NCBI GenBank assembly: GCA_022813965.1
Contig: JALDZS010000042.1
Span: 1 to 64,000 of the forward strand
Source: Toensbergia leucococca
Lineage: Eukaryota
Length of the DNA: 64,000 bases
Direction: 5' to 3'
The stretch's first letter is position 1. Each line of letters begins with the position of its first letter. The translations under genes and the position numbers were made by a program. Below, piece by piece: positions 12,001 through 24,600 of this stretch. The notes under the pieces were generated by a model. It searched no databases. It was given only the letters and a program-made list of their open reading frames with translations, and was not told the origin of the DNA.

Positions 12001-15000
12001 AAGAAACACATGCTATCATGCTATTAGAACTGCAAAGGACAAATCCTAGACTTCCTTTCTTGCAAAAGCTGCTGGTAAAGATGTTTTTCTGGCCTACAAG
12101 TTCATAAAACTAAGGAAAGTTAAAAAGCTCCCACCTATTACTAAAGAAAATCAAGAGAAAGCTATCTTATTTAATAATAAGTGTGAGGTCTTTGTCAAAG
12201 CTATATTCCCATCACCTCCTACTGTTAGTTTATCTAAGACTACAAAAAATAACAATAATACTTTCTGGCCTGAGATGACTGAGAAGAAAGTCAAGCAAGC
12301 TATAAACACTTCTTCTGCTAGGAAAGCACCTGATCCTGATGAAATCTCTGTCCTGATTATTTAAAAGGCCTATCAGATTATTCTTGAGTTTTTTTATATG
12401 ATATATAAAGACCTTAATAGCTAAAGGATATCACCTTAAATGCTAAAGACAAGAAACAGGAGTTAATCTTAAAAAACCTGACAAACCTGACTACTTCCTA
12501 CTCAAGGCCTATAGGATGATTACTCTATTAAATTACTTAAGCAAGGTAGCTGAAAAAACCATAACTACAAGACTGTTACATCTAAGAGAGATAACAAATC
12601 TATTATATAAAGAACAGATGGGAGAGAGAAAGAAAAGATCTGCTATTGATGCTATCTTAGCCCTTGTTCATGATGCTGAGAAAGCAATAAATAACAACAA
12701 GATCTATTTTTGCCTGCTACTAGATGTCAAAGGAGCTTTTGATTATGTGGCCCTAAATTAACTACTAAAAATCCTTAGAGAATTATACCTACCTGAACCT
12801 ATTATGACCTGGGTTAATTGTTTCTTGCAAAACAGAACTACTAGTCTTGCTTTTAATGGGAAAAAGCAACTGCCAAAGGACATAGTCATAGAAATACCTC
12901 AAGGATCTTCTATCTTACCTATACTTTTCTTGATTTATATCAGAAATTTACTTTTGCAGATACAAGTACAGTTCAACTCCAGGATTAAATCTTTAAGCTT
13001 TACTAATAATGTTGCCTTTACTATTTAAAGAGACACTGCTGCTGCCAACTATTTAATGCTAAACAAAGCTGTGCAAACAGCATTTTAATAAGCAGATGAG
13101 AATGCTGTTGAATTTAATAATAATAAGTCAGAATTAGTACGTTTTCAGAGACAAAAAAGACCTGCTTTGGAGATTATTACCTTGTTAAATAAGACTATTA
13201 TAATATCTGCTGAGACTGTTAGATAACTAGAAGTTTGACTAAATAAAAAGCTAAACTTTAAGACTCATATGCAAAAAAAGACAGCTGCTGCTACAAGGAC
13301 TTTACACCTGATTAATAGACTTCTGAACTCAGAAAAGAAACTCTCTATTAACACTGATAAACAACTATATCTGACTTGCATTACTTCTATCTCCAAATAT
13401 AAAGCTGAAGTATAATACAAAGGACAAAAGAGATACCTAACTCAGCTGCAGAAAATTCAAAGTTCTGCCTTAAGAAAAATTCTAGAATGTTTTAGAACTT
13501 TATCTGTTGCTATTATGAAAATAGAAGTTAATATTCTACCCTCTGAGATTAAAACAAGACATAAGATAAGAAGTTATGCTCTAAGAATAGCTACCCTATT
13601 AGAAGATCATCCTTTGAGAAATACGACTCTTATTACCTACTCTTCTAAATATCAAATGGGAACAGAATCTGCAGACCTTAGATTTCTTGAATAAAATCAA
13701 GATAAGGAAAATGATCTAAGAAAATACTTTACTTAATCTATTAAAATACTTAATAGTGTTTTAAAGCTTCTGCTAACAGAGATTAAGTTAAAGAGATTGC
13801 CTGAGCCTATTAAATTATAAACTTTAGTACAGGATGTTGACTTGTTTATCTTATTAAAGAACAAGGAGCAAACAGCAAAAGATTACATTAAATTTACATT
13901 TACCTTGTCTTTAAATGTCATTTGAATTTATACAGATGCATCTTAAAGAGAGTCACACATAGAAGCTTCTAATATTATCTTTTAAAAGATCTGATATAAA
14001 AAATAATTTTTAATATCTAGAAACCCTAATAAAAGTCTTTGATAAGAAGTTATATGTTATTTTACAAGCTATAAAATAAATATAAAAGAACTCATTCTTA
14101 CAAAGAAACAAACATTAATAACTTTTTACAGACAGTCAAGCTACTATACAGAGAATTATAAGTTCTTTTTCTAAATCAAAAACTAATTAAACTGCTGAAA
14201 TAAATAAGAATCTGCTAGAGCTGCAAAAGAAAGATTTTAAGATACATGTACACCAAATTTTAGATCATCAAGACATCAAAGAAAATGTTCTAGCAGATAC
14301 AGCAGCAAAACAGATAATAGACCCTAGAATATTATCTATACCTAATAGATTTGCCTTATTTAGTCATATAAAGAGACAAATAAAGGCTGCTACTATGCTA
14401 GAATAAATGAAACACTAACCTAAATTCAAGCAAAGAACATCTTACAAGTTGTTAAATCAAAAATTACCTTAGAAAATAACTGTAAAATTAAAAAAAGCTG
14501 ATAGACTTACCTTTGCTATCTACATGCAACTAAAAATAAGATATAACCATTTTAAATTCTACTTATATTATCTATCAGCATATGATTCTAAATACTATTA
14601 TAAGACCTGTATAAAAGTATAATTATCTGAACTCATTTTGATGCACTGCAGGCATTTTAGAGCTAAATAACAAGCTCTAAAGAAGAAGTTAGATTAGAAA
14701 ATTTTAGTAAATCTAAGAACACTTCTTATTATTAAGAAATAAATAAAGCAGATCTTTTGCTTTACTTAAAGACTATTAGAATTATCACTAAAAGATAAAT
14801 ACTATAAGAAACAAAGAAAATAATAAAATATTAAGAGAAAATTATGAGAATAAGAGAGAGAGAAGGAGAGAAGATTTAAGATATTAGTCAAAAGTTATAT
14901 TATTGCTACATTAACAACTATAGACTGATCAGCAGAAAGTATATTAGATAATACAAGACTCTTGTATACTTGTATACATATAACCTAAGTTAGTATCATA

Positions 15001-15051
15001 GCCTTAAGGCTGTATGCACTTAATAAAGAAATGAAAAAAAACAAAAAAAAA
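9023..15051 (+). mobile_element. Tad1-like LINE: ORF1 gag with Cys-His knuckles; ORF2 with APE endonuclease, RT and RNase H; A-rich tail; inactivated
   Basis: ORF1: CVRCQQYSH, CQLCAEPH, CSNCQEDY. APE: ILQYNC, IILV*EPW, GDFNAHHPWW, SVIDLAF, DHEVI. RT: KAPDPDEI, YRMITLLN, LLDVKGAFD, IPQGS. RNase H: IYTDAS ~13927 and DHQDIKENVLADTAAK ~14260. A-tail 15034-15051. Many in-frame stops. Confidence 0.93.
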
Positions 15052-16617
15052 CTCTCTGACTAAAAAGTCACTATATAACTGTAATAAGTAAACTATACTA
15101 GTATATCATTATGATTTTTAGTAAAGTCTAGTAATAACAATAGTAAGTCAAAATACTAAAAGTTTACTTAATAACAATACATAAAATAATTCATAATACA
15201 GATTCTGCTGAAATAAGATTATTAAGAGTTAAACAGACTATTTTACTGCTAAAAGTCACTTAAATTTGAGAATATAAGCAGACTCACAGATCAAGGAGTT
15301 TTAATAGCTAATCACACTGAAATTCACTTAAGTAAATCTAACTAATGCATCTTATTATTAAAATAGTTAAAATCATATATACAAAAAATAATCTTAGCAT
15401 TTAGATTATTTTTGTAAACTTAGCTGTATAGAACTTACTTGTTAGAAAAGATAAGCATAAATAAAATGTTATTGTTAATAGTATTAATGCATTTAATATT
15501 AGAGAAATACTTGTTATTTTTAAAATTATGCAGTCATATAAAAGAGATCTTATATAAAGAAACAACTTAATGTTTTTATTATATAAAGAAACAGCTTAAT
15601 ATTTTTAGTTATAGTCTATATAAAAGTCTGTTTTAGTTATATTTTATATATCTGTGTTTTAAATTTCTTTTATTATTTACATCGCATTATAAACATCAAA
15701 ATATAGATTTAGAAAAACAAAATTCTCTGCATTTGCACACTTTATAGCTATAGAGTTTTAATTATATTTAAAAAGCTCAGAATATTACTAAATAAAGTAA
15801 GATACTTATAAAGAATCAACAGTTAATAATAAGAAGAAATCAGAATGTCTTATGATATAAGACTTATAAGAGTCATATAAATATTATTTAATTTCTTAAC
15901 ATACTGCATAATAATTAATTTCTAAGCATTATTTAAACATTAATTGATCTTGTTATAAATGTTTTTATAAAGAGTTTAATGTATATTACAAAGGGCTTAG
16001 ATTAGCGTTCTTAGATTTAGTTCATCTATTAATCTGACTTCACATGCTAGATATCTATAATTCTAGCATCTAGATAGAAACTATTATATATTATAGACAT
16101 CAGAATATAAAAATTCATAACAGATCTGTAATTGTATAGATTTAAAAGAAACTTCTTTTGCATAATTTTGAAGATAATAAGGTTTTAAATCAAAATCTAT
16201 TACTGCAGATCTTGAAGACATGTAATTATTATTCTTATGTATATTTAAGACCTTCTCTATTATTTTCTCTGCATAATAATAAGAATAAGACATTATATTA
16301 ATGTATAATAAATAATTAAAAAGATAATATATTTATTATAAAAATGTAATATTAAGCTAAATATAATATTGAGCTAATAAGCAATTAAGGTAAAATCTAT
16401 TATAAGAAGAATTTAGATAAAATAATAAAATAATTATACCTTAACATGATTATAAAGATTTCTTAATTGAGAAAGATAGTAACTTTATAATATTATAATA
16501 TAAATATAAGAGTAAGACATATAGAGTCTAATAGTATCTAAATGCATTTTAAATCCTTATCTTAATATTATTTCTTTATGCATCTATTCTTTTAATTATA
16601 CAAAGACTATTGCTTTA

Positions 16618-17615
16618 AACTTCTATTATCTCTACACCTCAATTTGATAATTCTATACCTTATTTTTAATAATTTTACACCTCTCTCAGATATTTTTGAT
16701 TAGATAATTATAAGGCTTATGTGCATAGAGATTTTATATTATATTCTAACTTAATTTTGTATGCTGCTAAGTGCATGATCACTCTTTAAGTATGTAGAGA
16801 ATCAAGTTAATTTTATATTATATTAACACTTAATTCTCTATCACTATGCAAGTTATTTGCTTGTTTTATTTATATGTTATTAAAAAGTAAAATTATTAAA
16901 AAGAAAAAGCATGCTTTTATATTATACTCTAACTTAACTCTCTTAAGTATAAGATTAGAATCTGAAGTCATAAAATAGATCACTGCTCACATAAATTGTA
17001 ACATTATTATTTACTTTCTTATCTTACTCTTACTCTTATGCTTACTCTGATGATCAATCAGCTCTGATATTACAGTCAGATCTGCACTTATGCTTTACAT
17101 TCTTCTTATTATGTTTCTTTTTGTATTCTTTCTTGTGCTTCTTCTTATGTTTTTATATATATTTATTTTTATGTTTTTTCTTGTGTTTCTTCTTGTATTT
17201 CTTCTTGTATTTCTTCTTGTATTTCTTCTTGTATTTCTTCTTGTATTTCTTCTTGTATTTCTTCTTGTGTTTTTTCTTTAACATTAAGCTTGCTGATTCT
17301 AGACTTCTTAATTTGAGCTATAACTACTGCATATTCTTTTAATTCTGCATGTCTTTAAACAGCAAGCTTAAGAGCAACAAAGATCATATATAGCTCTTCT
17401 TCTAACAGATAAGTGAAAGGCATGATAAGAATAAGACAAAGAATAATGATAAGGTAAAGGATAAAAGTAAAAGATAAAGGTGTATTAGATATAAAAGTAT
17501 TGCAGGGTCATGAACAGGCCTCATAATTGCCTAATCAGAAATGTTTAAGAAGAGGTGTAGAATTATTAAAAATAGAGTATAGAATTATTGAATTGAGATA
17601 AGGATAATAGAAGCC
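16618..17615 (-). mobile_element. Non-autonomous Mutator-like element (MULE), internal deletion derivative
   Basis: About 100-bp TIRs (16618-16720 and 17514-17615) differ mainly by transitions. 8-bp TSD TTGCTTTA at 16610-16617 and 17616-17623. Minus-strand ATG at 17423 reads MPFTYLLEEELYMIFVALKLAV*RHAELKEYAVVIAQIKKS, like the fungal MULE N-terminus (HAxxxGYAVVxxRxKKS). Confidence 0.88.
17186..17269. repeat. 12-bp tandem repeat (tttcttcttgta) x7 inside the MULE
   Basis: Directly visible. Reads IQEE repeats on the minus strand, in frame with the MULE ORF. Confidence 0.95.
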
Positions 17616-17903
17616 TTGCTTTATAATAAAGCTGACTCTTTAGCTTTTAGTTTAAATACTATTCACACTATAGCTACTAGTTATTCCTTCTTTATGCGCA
17701 GTTACATTGCCTAGCCCCTGATCTGACCACTTATTTAATATAAAGTCAGGATCGTTACAGCTGAATGCTGTAAGCAGTAACAACAGGTTTGTAGCCAGCA
17801 GCACGGACAGCTGAATCTCATTGCCGGTCACTAAAAATATGTCTTACTAAGGCTATTCTGCAATCAGTATTTAACGTTACAAATTTCATGATCATTATTG
17901 AAC

Positions 17904-19153
17904 CTAGACCACAGTCTCTGCATGCTCTCCCTCTGCAACAACTGGAACATTCAGGCCCCGCTCTGGACTTTGCAAAACAAGCTGTTCATGCCGCCTCGCT
18001 TTGAAGAAGTCGCTGACAGCTCTAATTAAAATGAACCAACCAACAATCATGAGAATATAAGCCAGCCAGGCACTGCTCGCTATACCGGAAATGCCACCTT
18101 TTACGGTTACGCTTTCTTGCCCTCCCTGTGAATTCGCCATGGCCGCAACTGCCTTCGACGCAGAATCGGACAGCTGTGAAGGGTCGAAGTCATGGCTATT
18201 GGGGTCGGCTGGCTGTCCGTACTGCGGCTCTGTGTTACTCGACTTATTGGAGTTTGATCCTTTTATGTAAAAGCCATATTGGATGAGAGTGACTCCTAGG
18301 CCAGCTCTAGATCCGTTCTTGGCCGCGTGTGTAGTATGTAAAAGGTAAGTAAGTAGGAAGCCCACTAGCTGAAAAGACATCGATATTATGCCATTCCACA
18401 CGAAGGAGAAAAGCGAGCCAACTGGAAGGCCGTCAACATACACTTCATCAGAGACCATACCTGGGGCAAGGATGGTAGTCTCCCAGTATGGAGGTGTAGC
18501 ATCGGCAGCGGCTTGTTCGTAAGACTAGGTCGAGCGTTAGCCATTGTAGAACCCAGGAGTTGACATATTTATCATACAGGGGGTTGTTCCTCAGATTTCT
18601 CCCCGCGCTCAGGTTTGGCGTTGAGATTGGCGAAGACACCATCATTCGCAGAAGAGAAGGATAGGACTTGAGCCCCACCCCCCTGCAATCTGCCCACAGG
18701 GCTAACTACTTCCCGCCTTCTTTGAGTAGTAACTGTTGGATCCAGTGAGATCGCCGGTGATCTGATTTCATCGTGGTCACTACCATCCACCAAGCTGGTA
18801 GGTGCGATGTTGCCGCGCATCAAGCGCTGTCGGTCGTCACTAAAGTCCTCGCCATCGTAATCTGATCCTCCCCCATCGTCAAAAGTATCTGCTAGTGTTC
18901 TTTCGGCATCGGAAGTTACAGGGTCTTCCGAGAACACAAAGTTTCGTGACGTTATGGACGAGGCGCGAGATCGAAAAGAAGGTGGCGGAGAGGCGGGGAC
19001 AAATTCTGGAGGTTGATTGATTTGCGGGCTTGTCGGATCGCTGTCCTTGTCGTTTGCTGATACCTAAACAGATTCAGTGTACGTCCATCGCGAGTAAGTA
19101 TATTGCTAATTTCAAATCAAAAGACATACCCGCTCGTAACGCTGTGGGCCCAT
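17904..19153 (-). CDS. BSD2: Metal homeostasis protein / Rsp5 adaptor Bsd2 (NDFIP family), 3 exons
   Basis: MGPQRYER|VSAND...SPPPSFRSRASS; NDGVFANLNAKPE; PP|SYEQAAADATPPYWETT (PY motif); FQLVGFLLTYLLHTTHAAKNGSRAGLG. GT-AG introns. Confidence 0.93.
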
Positions 19154-19434
19154 AGTGAGGCCGCAATTGTGAATGTAGGAGGACCGAGGATAGGGAGAGC
19201 GGGTAGGCTTCTATGAGGTTATAGAGAACTGTCGTTGACTATGTAGTGAGGGATAGGGAGATGCACTGATAGTGTCGAGGGGCATTGAGGTTTACCAGTT
19301 GTCGTATTGGAGTAGTCAGCATTCAGCACAAACAGCGCGAGTGGCGCACTTCTAAAACCGGCACCAAGCGGTACTCGTATGCAACTCAGAGTGAAGAGTG
19401 ATAGTTCCAAGTTTCCAATCAACTCTGTGCTGTG

Positions 19435-19975
19435 ATGGCTAATTCAGTGAGCGTCTGCCATGTCCTTGAAAATATTTGGGGTCCTCCTGATTGATTCATG
19501 ACACAGCTAGCTTATAAACATTATCAACGTGCACTCTCCCAATGGCCAATAGACCTCTTACGTCCAGAAATGTCTTTCCAAAAGGCCATGCGCCGGCGAA
19601 TTGATATGAAATTCCATCTTTCGAATCGTCGCCCACAGGATAATGTTGTCGGAAACGGTGCTGAAGCAACAGTGCCTGCGGCTTCGAAGCCTCTCGAGAA
19701 TGCGGAAATAGAGCAAGTGAATGTGTTATACTCTTTCCTAGAAGACAGGTATTTGAAGAAGGTGAATATTATTTATCATGCTCTGGCTGCAGTATATTGG
19801 TCATGAGTTCCGAAATTAATGGTATAAGTAGTATCCTATTTCCGAATACCTGATGAAACCAACATCCAATCCTACATACTATAAGGATCTCATGGAGGAG
19901 CTCCAACAAGCACCAGGAAGATCGTGGTTCGCTAGCTTCACAAATAAATGGAAGGGATTTTTGAGGATGTCATAA
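19435..19975 (+). CDS. CBP6: Mitochondrial cytochrome b assembly factor Cbp6 (UQCC2-like), 3 exons
   Basis: MANS|LAYKHYQRALSQWPIDLLRP...NVLYSFLEDRYLKK|YPISEYLMKPTSNPTYYKDLMEELQQAPGRSW. Confidence 0.85.
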
Positions 19976-20860
19976 TAAGTCTTGCGATACTCACGCCTAG
20001 ACATGGCATGAGATAGGAGGGGCAGATGGACGCATCACTAACCTGGAGTTGGAAGCAGCAAGATAGATCTTCGACAGAAGCGCTGTCGAATTAGCCTCTT
20101 CAAATATGTCTGTTATACCTAGATGGTTTGGTCGAATGAAAGGGAAACACTACTTCAACCATTTGGATCACTGTCTCGCAATAGACTGGCTGCAGTTAGT
20201 CTGATATCGCAGGGAGTAGATCTTTGTTCAGATGGCAACAGTGACGACTTGCCAGCGTTGTTATATCTTCTCAAACATCAGACCTCTTTGCAAGGGAATT
20301 AATACACATTTTGGCTGTATTTTGTCAGCTTTGTTGCATGCAATTTACCTCATCTATCACACACGGGTTTCGTCACTCATCATTCTTCACAGTTTTGTCC
20401 CCGCTATTGACCTTGAAGCTTTGCCTCTTAGCCTCTTTACCTCATCATCACCATGACCTTTGGTCCACTCACAGCCTAGCTACGCGTGAGGGTTTGAATT
20501 TAGAAACCCTCGTTCTCCTAGAAGGGGATAGGGTGAAGGAGTGAGACAGGGTAGAGTGGTGGAGGAGACCCTTGCAATTCAGGTGGATGATAGATTATCT
20601 CAGGCCTTCAGACTGTAGTCGACTTTCATGTACATTAGAAAAGGTAAATGGCACGCAAAGCAGGGTGCAGTGGGAGGAATCAAGTTGAAATCTGGTGTAG
20701 AATCAATCTATATATGCTATACCTACTCTGATGGTATCTTGCGAAAATCCAGGTGTTCTGCAGGGAATATCAGCATTGCTTATGAGCACGTATTGCTGAA
20801 TATGAAGTCAGGGATGAAGGGTTAGAAGGTCTAGGAACGGTCATAAACAACAATCATTAG

Positions 20861-21100
20861 GTACGAGTATTTTTATGGAGGCAATAAATATGACCCGAGT
20901 TGCCTGTGCCTGTGCATGTACGAGTACTCGTACTCGTAGCACTTGCGTGGTTTCACGTGCCGTAATCTTATCTCATCGATGATTCGACCCACCCTGCTAG
21001 GAATTGTGGTAACCATACATGTGAGTTTTCGGAGCAACTTCCGAAACGAAATTGGCCAATCGGCAGGCTGGAAAGTCAGAGACGTTATTTAAATACTCGA
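20861..21100 (+). promoter_or_regulatory. Putative frq promoter
   Basis: 16-bp palindrome GTACGAGTACTCGTAC 20918-20933; CACGTG 20954; GATA site ~20968; TTTCGGA-N6-TCCGAAA (CGG-N8-CCG) 21027-21046; ATTGGCCAAT 21051-21060; TATA-like TATTTAAATA ~21087. Confidence 0.5.
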
Positions 21101-21641
21101 TGATGGGAGATGATCACAGGTTGCAATACGAGGAATGGCGCGTGGGTCCAGCTTGTGTTGGTATCCATGATATTGAGGGCATTTATTACGGTATGTATCA
21201 GGATTTGACCATGTCCCAGCGTGATGACTCGAGTCGATCGGCATACGGGGCGCGCTAGGTGGTGGACCGGGATTCACAGATCTCAAAGACCATGTTTCCA
21301 TCTCTCCTTCATCATCGATCTACCATGCCATTTAAGATGTTCGGCTTTCCGTCTGAGGCTCGTGCCTTATCACTCGCAGGTCATGCCATTTTCACGGAGC
21401 TTCCTCCTCCCTCTAGCCTCCTAGTGGCTCCAGCTAGGAAAACGACTGCCACGAAACCGATCCGATGTCTCGAATGCACTTCTGCCTCTGTCTACCACGC
21501 CATGGCTCTACGCCAATCACCTTTATGACACAAAGGATGGTATCCGTACTTCAGGTCCACTGTCCGACATTCCCATAGGCAGGCCACAACCAGACGTCAA
21601 AATCTACCTGGCATGCCACCGTAACCTCCGTAGCTTGCGCC

Positions 21642-24600
21642 ATGTCAAGCCCGCAGCCACAATGCCCTAGTCATGGTCATACTGCACCGTGTCCGGCACA
21701 CCTCTCCCTTTGCTTGCGCTCGTCACCATCCGCATCTTCATCATGTCACGGCTTGGATCCCGCTGCTGTAACGCCGGACGTGATGGCTAACAGCTTACGT
21801 TCCTCCATGAATGCTTCTGCACTTGACAATAAGGAAAGAGCTTCCGACGAAAGTAAAAACGCTGAACAGTGGTTCGATGATTCGAATCAAAACGTATCAA
21901 GCACAAAGAATGTGACTTTCTTAGATAGTACGGGGACGTCTCCCGATAATTACCAAAGGCCATGCTGACTTTAATCTAGATGACTCGCCGTTTTATCTGA
22001 ATCCTCCTTCGTGGTCACCAACAGATAGCGTCTACACAGCATCCTCGGATCTGGAAGTTGACCACCGTCATCAGTATTTATCGGATAGTTTGAATCCAAC
22101 GAAATTACCCTCGTCGCGTATGGAATCTAGCAAGAGCAATAGTGAAGACTTCCGTGGCGTAATCGATGATCTGACAGTGCAGAACAAGAAGCTCCGACAA
22201 AAGCTGAGAAAGTATGAAAGATTGCATTGCTCGCATTTGCAAGGAGATAAGCTCTTCGAGGTCAGAATACACGGACTTCCAGCCCATAAGAAACGTGAGC
22301 TGGAGGAGACTCTACGAAATTTTGCATCCAGTCTGCAAGAGTCACCCGGTGACACTACTTTTCGAACGAGACCCCACGGGATAACCTCGCCGCCTGCTGC
22401 AGCATCTTCTTTCAAATTTTCAGAATCATCAACCTCGCTCTCCAAGCCTATTGATTCTGCTTATGCATCCATGTCCATGTCTGGACAAACATCAAACTCA
22501 AATTCGCGGGTCCAGGATCAAGGGAATGTTGAAAGGCATGCCAAAGCAGCTCACTCAAAACGACAGAACATCAGGTCGTATTTGCATGATATACCAGAAA
22601 ACCAATTACAGAAACTCTCACTTGCCATGTCAGAGAAGACCAAGAGAAAGCTGGTCGTTCAGAGACTTGAGCAAATTTTTACGGGAAAGGGTGCCGCTCC
22701 TGGTCAAGACAGCCAATCGATTCAACAGCAGGAAGTATCGCAATCAGCTGCAACGGCAGATAGAAATGCGACCGAAGCTAGGGGTACTGAAGTTGGCGTA
22801 GAAGGAGTTCGAGAAGCCAGAATTCTACCCGCAGAACTAACGTTTTTGCCTGAAAATCTAAGCGAAATACGATTGAGATCTCAATCGCGAGATACAAAAA
22901 GTGTAGACGATTCAATCTCCAGAGCAACATACACAAGTAGCGATGGAACTCCAGATCAAAGACCAACACGACCTATCGACCTTGATCTGTGTCGGGCCCA
23001 AGTCCCGGCGGATAATATCCAGTATATACGACATCTCGGGCTTCCTCCGCCGAAAGGGAGCCCAGAACTGCATTTTGAGGCCGGCGATGACTGGACATAT
23101 TTGAACCTGCTTATGAGTATGGCACAGCTACACACCATCAATGTAACACCTGAGTTTGTAAGAAAAGCTGTCGCCGAAATTAGCACCAAGTTCGAAATAT
23201 CTGAGGATGGGCGCAAAATAAGATGGAGGGGTGGAATTCACGGTACCCAAATGAGTAGCGATAGTGGTAGCAACTCAGGACAGGACAGTGGATGCTCGCC
23301 TGCTGAAAGCAACTTTAGCAGATTCGAAACAACGGTACAGTCAGGGTCGAACCAGATTGCTCATCAGTCGAACATCAAGTCCAACGGGGAACATGGAGTT
23401 GGAGGAAGACGCAGACCGGTACCACTGGGACAACTGTTTGCAACGCACAGGTCTCAGTTTAAATCTTTGTTCTTTCATCACGAAAGGTCCGAGACAGAAG
23501 AGGAAGGCTATGTACACGACGATGAATCGCTTTTGTCTTCTGGTCCTGCCGAGGATGTTGGTACAGTCTTGGATGCGAGTGGCATACGGAGTTCCGGAAT
23601 GAGGCCAAAGTCGCTTCACCAAACAAAAGAAAATGGTCCTATCATCTTCTACAACGGGGCTAAATTCTGCACCGACCTCAGCGGAGACGTCACTGGCGGC
23701 CGTTTTGAAGATACTGCATACGCTTTATACACGCATGACGCAGTCGGAAACAGTCGATTGTCAAGGCCGTTGGAAAATCTGGACTGTGGCAGTGTTAAAG
23801 AAGCATTGGCAGAAGCGCAAACTTTATCTGAGCAGTGGAAAACCGATAGCGACGGCGAGGAGATGAAGGAGTCGTGTTTTCAACTTGAGGACCTGAGGAC
23901 ATCTCCTATGGACAAGGCGCTCAGTCGATTATCGCCCAAACATCTTGAGGCATCTGGGATTAGTGGCGTGCTGCCTGAAGACAACTTTGCGATCAACGTA
24001 GTTGTTCGACAAACGGCTTTAAACAAAGGGTCACTGCCTCAACTGTCTGGCTTTCCGGGTCGAAGCACTGATATTGATCGAATGTTCCGCAAGAGCTCCC
24101 AGACTTCGATTTACACACCACATGGGTTGCAGTCATGGCCTGTCAGCGACGACCGTCAGCGTGGGGTTAAATGCGAAGTCATCTCAGTCACTGTGACGAA
24201 TCTACCGCCTTCGTTATTACCGCCGCCATCCTATATCTGTCTTCCTTTCTCGTCAACGGAAAGTGACAATGATATTAGTAATGACACTTCCGCCTCGGCT
24301 GGTCCTATTGATGCTATGTCTGGGTTAACTCGGGATAGTGAGGATTTAAAGACTCCGATGCTCTTTGAAGTTGGCAAAGGACGATCTTATGCTACGTCCG
24401 ATAATCAATCGGACGATTCTTCTATTGATTTACTGGCGCATGCCCGGGAATTTGACCCAGAAACCATAGCTGCTCGAGAGAGGGAATTTGACAGCAACAT
24501 GAGACAACAGTTCACCGAGGAAATACCAGCTGGCAGCTCAGCTGCCACTGTGGGTGGTGGCAGCGGCTTCCTCAGTGAAAGCGAAAGAAGCAGCCCGACA

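Larger units (their letters stand above)
1..17759. other. AT-rich block of nested, RIP-like hypermutated transposons
   Basis: Strongly AT-rich and CpG-depleted, with no intact long ORFs. TE protein motifs become recognisable after reversing C>T/G>A changes. Composition switches abruptly to gene-like sequence after the LTR end ...gatcgttaCA at 17759. Confidence 0.95.
16486..17759. repeat. Probable LTR interrupted by the MULE (left boundary approximate)
   Basis: The right end gatcgttaCA is a typical LTR terminus and coincides with the compositional boundary. The left end is heavily mutated (tataata-like), so its position is uncertain. Confidence 0.5.

Noticed and set aside
15052..16485. Possible gag region continuing the gypsy element (includes ORF 16084-16293)
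   Set aside because: No recognisable motif in the frames I read and no join to the RT at 7110. Left as unclassified degraded repeat.
17186..17269. CRISPR-like array
   Set aside because: Contiguous tandem repeat without spacers, in a eukaryotic genome.
17090..17342. Hydrophobic membrane-protein-like ORFs (FLLV repeats)
   Set aside because: Antisense translation of the 12-bp tandem repeat inside the MULE.
20232..21528. Short ORFs between CBP6 and frq
   Set aside because: No recognisable domains and they overlap in several frames. Better explained as promoter or leader sequence.
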